From a virus (taxonomy: Duplodnaviria > Caudoviricetes), in the IMG/VR virus record IMGVR_UViG_3300037484_000907, positions 1 to 27,783 of that record: DNA of 27,783 nt; one strand, 5' to 3'. Numbering within the stretch: position 1 is the stretch's first letter; every line of letters starts with the position of its first letter. Both the position numbers and the translations under genes were made by a program. The notes under the pieces were generated by a model. That model was not told where the DNA came from. It saw nothing but the letters and a program-made list of their open reading frames with translations, and made no database searches. Shown one piece after another: positions 23,372 to 27,783 of the stretch.

Positions 23372-25056
23372 ACGCGAAATTTTTGAGTCTTTTGCTGCTG
23401 ACCGCGGTCGCGGGGTACGGTCAGCGCACACAGGCGCTGATCAACCAGAGGCTCACGAAACCGGTGATCTATGCCTACACGGTGGCGACCCTACCCACGT
23501 CCGGGGGAGGGCTCACAGTTGGGGCGGTTGCCGTCGTAAACGATGCCACGATTGCAGGCTCTTGCACATCGGGCGGGGGTTCGCTGATCGCTCTCTGCCG
23601 GTGGAATGGGTCCGCTTGGGCCTCTCTCGGGGGCGCGACGGGCGGCGGTAACGTGACAGGCCCGGCTGCTGGGACTGGGGGCGAACTGACAACGGTAAGC
23701 GCTGATGGGCTGACCTTGAGCCGATCCGCCTTGACGGGCGTGCTCAAGGCAGCCGCCGGCGTGCCATCCGTTGTGACCGGAACGGGCTCAAACTGCGTCC
23801 ATGTGGACGGAACCAGTGCGACTTGTGCAACCGGCGGTGGAGGCGCGAGCGTCGATCTCACCGATTTCGGTCAGAGCGTCAGTACCACCAGCGTCACAGA
23901 CGACACGCTCAACATCGCCGCTGGCCGCGCCAGGGTGGGCAACTACGTCCCTCCCGCTATCGTGGCTGGCCACGTCCAATTCACCTCCGGCCCGGGTGGC
24001 AACGTCAAAGTGTTCATCGATCAGAACAATAACCTCGTTTGCCACATGGCAACTGGCATCGTGGCGACCCCATCCGGGTCGATGACTTGCTCCAACGTTT
24101 CAACGCCGACGTATCCGCCGAACTCGATCCCTGTCGCGGACGTGACCGTCAACTCCAGCCAGGCGATCACCAACGTCACCGACGACCGCGCGTTTTTCTC
24201 GAACCGTGGCATCAGCGCGGCGACGGGCATCAGCATAAGCGACGCTGGCGGCGTGGCCTCGATCGGCATCGACACGGCCACGATGCCTATGCTTGGCCAG
24301 GCGAATGCGTGGACGGCCGCGAATGACTTTACGGCGGCAACGAATTTCTATATTCGGCGTGGCAGTGGCGCCCCGGCATCCGGAGAGTGCGATGCCGCCG
24401 CTGAGGTTGGGCAGGTGTACGCTCGTTCTGACGCGGCGGCTGCCAACGCAACGTTCTACGTCTGTTCGAAGACCGGGGGTTCGACTTACGCCTGGGAACT
24501 GCTCGGCGGAGGGGGAGCCTACACAAAGGCTCCACACGTCTTGCACTTTCCGTTGGCCTTCCGTAACGCAGGGGGAACCATTTATCCTGGAGTGAACATC
24601 TTCAGCGGTACCCTATCCGATGCCACTTCCGGTTCAGATGCCGTATCGTATCTTGCGTTCGCCGATGCGGTGACAAATGGAGTGACACTGCTGTTTCCAA
24701 TCCCGAGCGACTGGGATGGCGGAACAGTCAGCCTAAAGAGTTTCTTCTTCCCCACTACTGGTGGATCGAATGGACAGGTGATCCGTTTCGCCGCTTCGGC
24801 TTATTGTGTGGGGGCGGGAGAGGACGCCTATGGGTTGACGTTCTCATCCGTCCAGAATATCGATACCACACTATCGGACGCTACGGAATCGAAACTTAGA
24901 ATCGCAACCCTCGCGTCGTTGACGATGAATGGCTGTTCTGCGGGGGAGTTCGTGCACGTCCTTGTGGAACGGCTGGGCTCGGACGCGGCGGACACGCTTA
25001 CCGCAACGGCTAGAATGCTCAACGTCGAGCTGAGAATGTTGGTGAATCTCCCATGA
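23368..25056 (+). CDS. Fibre/adhesin-like mosaic protein with an apparent signal peptide, 562 aa
   Basis: ATG at 23368 (ATGA overlap). The N-terminus is MNAKFLSLLLLTAVAGYG-Q. It has fibre motifs YTVATLP...WNGSAW and GSGAP...GQVY...YVC...W, a C-terminal jelly-roll-like domain (P.DWDGGT...DTLTA.AR) and 10 Cys. Confidence 0.8.
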   Translation: MNAKFLSLLLLTAVAGYGQRTQALINQRLTKPVIYAYTVATLPTSGGGLTVGAVAVVNDATIAGSCTSGGGSLIALCRWNGSAWASLGGATGGGNVTGPAAGTGGELTTVSADGLTLSRSALTGVLKAAAGVPSVVTGTGSNCVHVDGTSATCATGGGGASVDLTDFGQSVSTTSVTDDTLNIAAGRARVGNYVPPAIVAGHVQFTSGPGGNVKVFIDQNNNLVCHMATGIVATPSGSMTCSNVSTPTYPPNSIPVADVTVNSSQAITNVTDDRAFFSNRGISAATGISISDAGGVASIGIDTATMPMLGQANAWTAANDFTAATNFYIRRGSGAPASGECDAAAEVGQVYARSDAAAANATFYVCSKTGGSTYAWELLGGGGAYTKAPHVLHFPLAFRNAGGTIYPGVNIFSGTLSDATSGSDAVSYLAFADAVTNGVTLLFPIPSDWDGGTVSLKSFFFPTTGGSNGQVIRFAASAYCVGAGEDAYGLTFSSVQNIDTTLSDATESKLRIATLASLTMNGCSAGEFVHVLVERLGSDAADTLTATARMLNVELRMLVNLP

Positions 25057-27527
25057 GGATCATCGTTTTGATTTTCGCGTGTGCCTTGGTGTGGGGCGCT
25101 CCTACCATCCAAACGGTTACTACCGGCGCGGAATTGCAGACCGCCATCAATACCGCCGCTGCCGCTGACAGCGGGCCGCAGATCATCGTCCTGACGGCGG
25201 GCAACAACTTCGACACGGCGGGCGGATTCACTCTTCCGGCGCGCTCGGGAAGTTATACCGGATGGATCACGCTGAGATCGAGCCGAATCTCGGAGCTGCC
25301 AGGGAAGACCCGCGTAGTTCCTGCCGACTCTGCCAAGATGGCGACGCTGCGAGTGACGGCAGGCGGCTACGCTCCGGTGATGTACACCAGCGGCCACCCG
25401 TCCGCATACTGGCGACTGGAGGGATTGGAGTTCACTCTTTCCACAACCAGCCTGAGTAATCAAGGGTGGCTCGTTGGAATCGGGGCAGGAACGGACGCGG
25501 GGGAAACCGAGCCGTCCCTTGTCTCGCATCACTTCGTCGTAGACCGCTGCTACATTCACGGAATCGCCTTCGACAACGGGCCGCGAGACGGCATCCGAGT
25601 CAACGGAGACGATGTTGAGGTTCTCAATTCCTACATCAGCGAGATCAAGCGGGACGATACCGAGACGCATGGCATTCTGGGCTACAGTCTCAACGGGCCG
25701 GTCTTGATTCGGAACACCTTTGTGGGCGGGGCCTCGATAGGCAGCTTGATCGGCGGCGCGAACGCCAGCAATGTGAGCATCCAGCCGAGCAACGTCCAGT
25801 TCCTCGGCAATCACTACCAGGGGACACCTACGCATCGGGCGCTCCGGTTTGTAGGGGCGCCACAAGGCACGGCAGCTCCTAGCGGGGCTGGGGTCGCTCA
25901 GACCTACTGGAAGACGGACACAAGCGAATTCTACGTCTACGGTTCCGCGGCTTGGCGACTTGTCGCTACTGGTATCACCGGCAACGTCTGCATGGATGGG
26001 GACTTCTGGTCCGATACGTCCGGACCAACTCACTATATATGTTCTGGAGGAGTTTGGACCTCCACCGGGGCCGACCGCACCATCACAGGCGGAACGCCTC
26101 CTTTTACCGCCTTCGCCTCGAAAAACAGGTTCGAGCTGAAAAAGGTCACCGGTGCGCTAGTGGAGGGGAATCTGATTGAAAACTGCTTCTCCCCAACCAC
26201 CGGGCAGCAAACGTGCTCGGCCTTCCTGCTCAACTGGGTCACCGACCAGGACCAGCCTTGGTCCACCCTGCGGAACATCACCATTCGCAACAACCTCATT
26301 CGTCGAACGGGGCAAATGTACGTGGAGGGAGTCATAGACTCCCCGAGACGCGGAGATTTTCTACAGCGTTGGCCTCGCGAGAACATGGCCGAGAACAACC
26401 TGGTCCAGGACGGAAACAATCCCGGCATACTTCAGGCGATCAACAGGCTCTCGTATTACAATGTGCCGCCGGTGACGACAGGTCTTGGTGGTGTTGGCGT
26501 CAACGGATTCGACGGCTCCAGGTTTATCCACAACACCGTCATCAATCCACTGGCAAGCGAGAACTTCTGGCCCAACAGTTTCGTGTACGGCGAGGCGGGC
26601 ACAGCCGCGGGCCGCAATATGTCCGACAACATCTTTGAGGTTGGAGGGCTTAGCAACGCCGCATACTGGCTGGACCACGCTGGGTGCTCGGGCTTCGATG
26701 AGCATTGGCCGAAGCACAATCTCAAGAACAACGTGCTGGTGCATCTTGGCCACCAGCTAGACAGCAGCGTACCAGGATGGTTCGACTTTGCTGACTGCCG
26801 AACTTGGGCCACATCCTGGAAGCGCAGCGGGGCCGGAGTGAGCAATCCGATCTATTCGGCGTCCATTGCCGCCGGAGTGTTGACGATTCGATTCGGTACT
26901 GGACCCGACGATTACTGGAAGGGCCACGGACTTCTCCAAGGGACCAAGGTGAAGTTGTCGGGATGGACTCCCGCCGGGTTGAATGGAACGTACACCATTC
27001 CCCGGTTGTGGTGCGGCTCTGGGTCCACCATCACCGCGCAGAGTTATCAGCCAACGCTGTGCCTGCCAACAGCGGAGACAGGCGCGGTAACGCCGGGCAC
27101 CATCGAAGCCAGCATCGACTACACCGACTACGCCGCGCTGAACTTCCGGCTCGCCGCGACCAGCGCCTACAAAGGCTGGGCCACAGATGGCTCAGACCCC
27201 GGAGCGAACCAGGACATGGTGGAGTGGGCCACGGCGACGGCCGCCAGTGGGACGGATAATCCGTACCTCGACTTCCGGGTGCGCTCGATCACGCCTACCT
27301 CTGACGGGGCTGTGTTCCGCTATACGGCCTACTCGACGGCCGCCTGCACCTGGCGGGCGTCTAGCACCAGGGCCTTCTCGGACAATCTTGGAAGCTGGGG
27401 CAGCGAGACACGCATTGGGCGGGATGGCTCGATCACGGTCACAGGGCTGACCAGCAACACCGGGTATTGGTACCGGATGACGTGCGATTCGAAGATCAGG
27501 GACGGGGAGGTCGTGACCACGCATTAG
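25053..27527 (+). CDS. Right-handed beta-helix (pectin-lyase-like) protein with a signal peptide and a C-terminal FN3-like domain; putative glycan depolymerase/adhesin, 824 aa
   Basis: The N-terminus MRIIVLIFACALVWG-A is followed by the cap ELQTAIN.A...IVL.AG. Asn-ladder rungs include VVDRCYIHG, VLNSYISE, LIRNTFV, LVEGNLIEN, ITIRNNLIR and FIHNTV. The C-terminus reads ITVTGLTSNTGYWYRMTC. Confidence 0.85.
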   Translation: MRIIVLIFACALVWGAPTIQTVTTGAELQTAINTAAAADSGPQIIVLTAGNNFDTAGGFTLPARSGSYTGWITLRSSRISELPGKTRVVPADSAKMATLRVTAGGYAPVMYTSGHPSAYWRLEGLEFTLSTTSLSNQGWLVGIGAGTDAGETEPSLVSHHFVVDRCYIHGIAFDNGPRDGIRVNGDDVEVLNSYISEIKRDDTETHGILGYSLNGPVLIRNTFVGGASIGSLIGGANASNVSIQPSNVQFLGNHYQGTPTHRALRFVGAPQGTAAPSGAGVAQTYWKTDTSEFYVYGSAAWRLVATGITGNVCMDGDFWSDTSGPTHYICSGGVWTSTGADRTITGGTPPFTAFASKNRFELKKVTGALVEGNLIENCFSPTTGQQTCSAFLLNWVTDQDQPWSTLRNITIRNNLIRRTGQMYVEGVIDSPRRGDFLQRWPRENMAENNLVQDGNNPGILQAINRLSYYNVPPVTTGLGGVGVNGFDGSRFIHNTVINPLASENFWPNSFVYGEAGTAAGRNMSDNIFEVGGLSNAAYWLDHAGCSGFDEHWPKHNLKNNVLVHLGHQLDSSVPGWFDFADCRTWATSWKRSGAGVSNPIYSASIAAGVLTIRFGTGPDDYWKGHGLLQGTKVKLSGWTPAGLNGTYTIPRLWCGSGSTITAQSYQPTLCLPTAETGAVTPGTIEASIDYTDYAALNFRLAATSAYKGWATDGSDPGANQDMVEWATATAASGTDNPYLDFRVRSITPTSDGAVFRYTAYSTAACTWRASSTRAFSDNLGSWGSETRIGRDGSITVTGLTSNTGYWYRMTCDSKIRDGEVVTTH

Positions 27528-27529
27528 GC

Positions 27530-27547
27530 GGCCGTCTTCGGATGGCC
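27530..27547 (+). other. cUUCGg tetraloop hairpin directly after the last stop codon
   Basis: GGCCGTC-TTCG-GATGGCC, a 7-bp stem with one G-U pair. Confidence 0.7.
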
Positions 27548-27570
27548 ACGTCTTAAATAGGCACAAAACT

Positions 27571-27598
27571 AGGCGACCGGCGGAGGCGGTCGCTTTTA
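27571..27598 (+). terminator. Probable intrinsic terminator of the late operon
   Basis: GCGACCG-(GCGGAGG)-CGGTCGC followed by TTTTA, with no downstream ORF. Confidence 0.65.
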
Positions 27599-27783
27599 GT
27601 GTCTCTGGACGTTCGGGGCCCGCATTTGCAACGCAGTGTCGGGAATTTGCAAAAGAGCGCCTGTATTTTTGCCAAATAGCGTCGGGTGCATTAACAGGCG
27701 GTTGCCGTAGCGCAGCGAGGCTCGCGACTTGAGCGGCGGCATCTCGGCGATGTTGGCGCGTGCCATTCCAGCGGCGGGTCTGG

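Larger units (their letters stand above)
1..27600 (+). mobile_element. Virion morphogenesis (late) region of a tailed phage/prophage: Mu-like head genes with a non-contractile siphovirus-type tail
   Basis: Portal, protease, capsid, adaptor, tube, chaperone, tape measure, Dit, hub and fibre genes lie in canonical order on one strand, mostly translationally coupled. No sheath gene is present. Element boundaries are not visible. Confidence 0.95.

Overview
The window is a near-continuous, single-strand (+) late operon of a GC-rich tailed (pro)phage, with most genes coupled by ATGA/GTGA/TGATG overlaps. Gene order: truncated Gly/Ser repeat protein, small fibre-adaptor-like protein, Mu gp29/DUF935-type portal fused to a MuF-like domain, Mu I-type protease with a nested scaffold start, capsid cement, major capsid, IPT/TIG-fused head-tail adaptor, tail completion and terminator, an internally duplicated tail tube (no sheath, so non-contractile), a tail chaperone with an apparent +1 frameshift, tape measure and distal tail. 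A 3.5-kb non-structural cassette (ASCH, DUF5131, InsA-like, DUF6527-like, HTH, MazG-like, ASCH) is then inserted before the tail-tip hub, a large FN3-repeat fibre and a matrixin-like protease. The operon ends with fibre-like and beta-helix proteins that carry apparent signal peptides and paired cysteines, then hairpins and a terminator at about 27.53-27.6 kb. No terminase, lysis, integrase, intact tRNA, CRISPR or reverse transcriptase gene is visible. All family assignments come from motif recognition and synteny, not from database searches.
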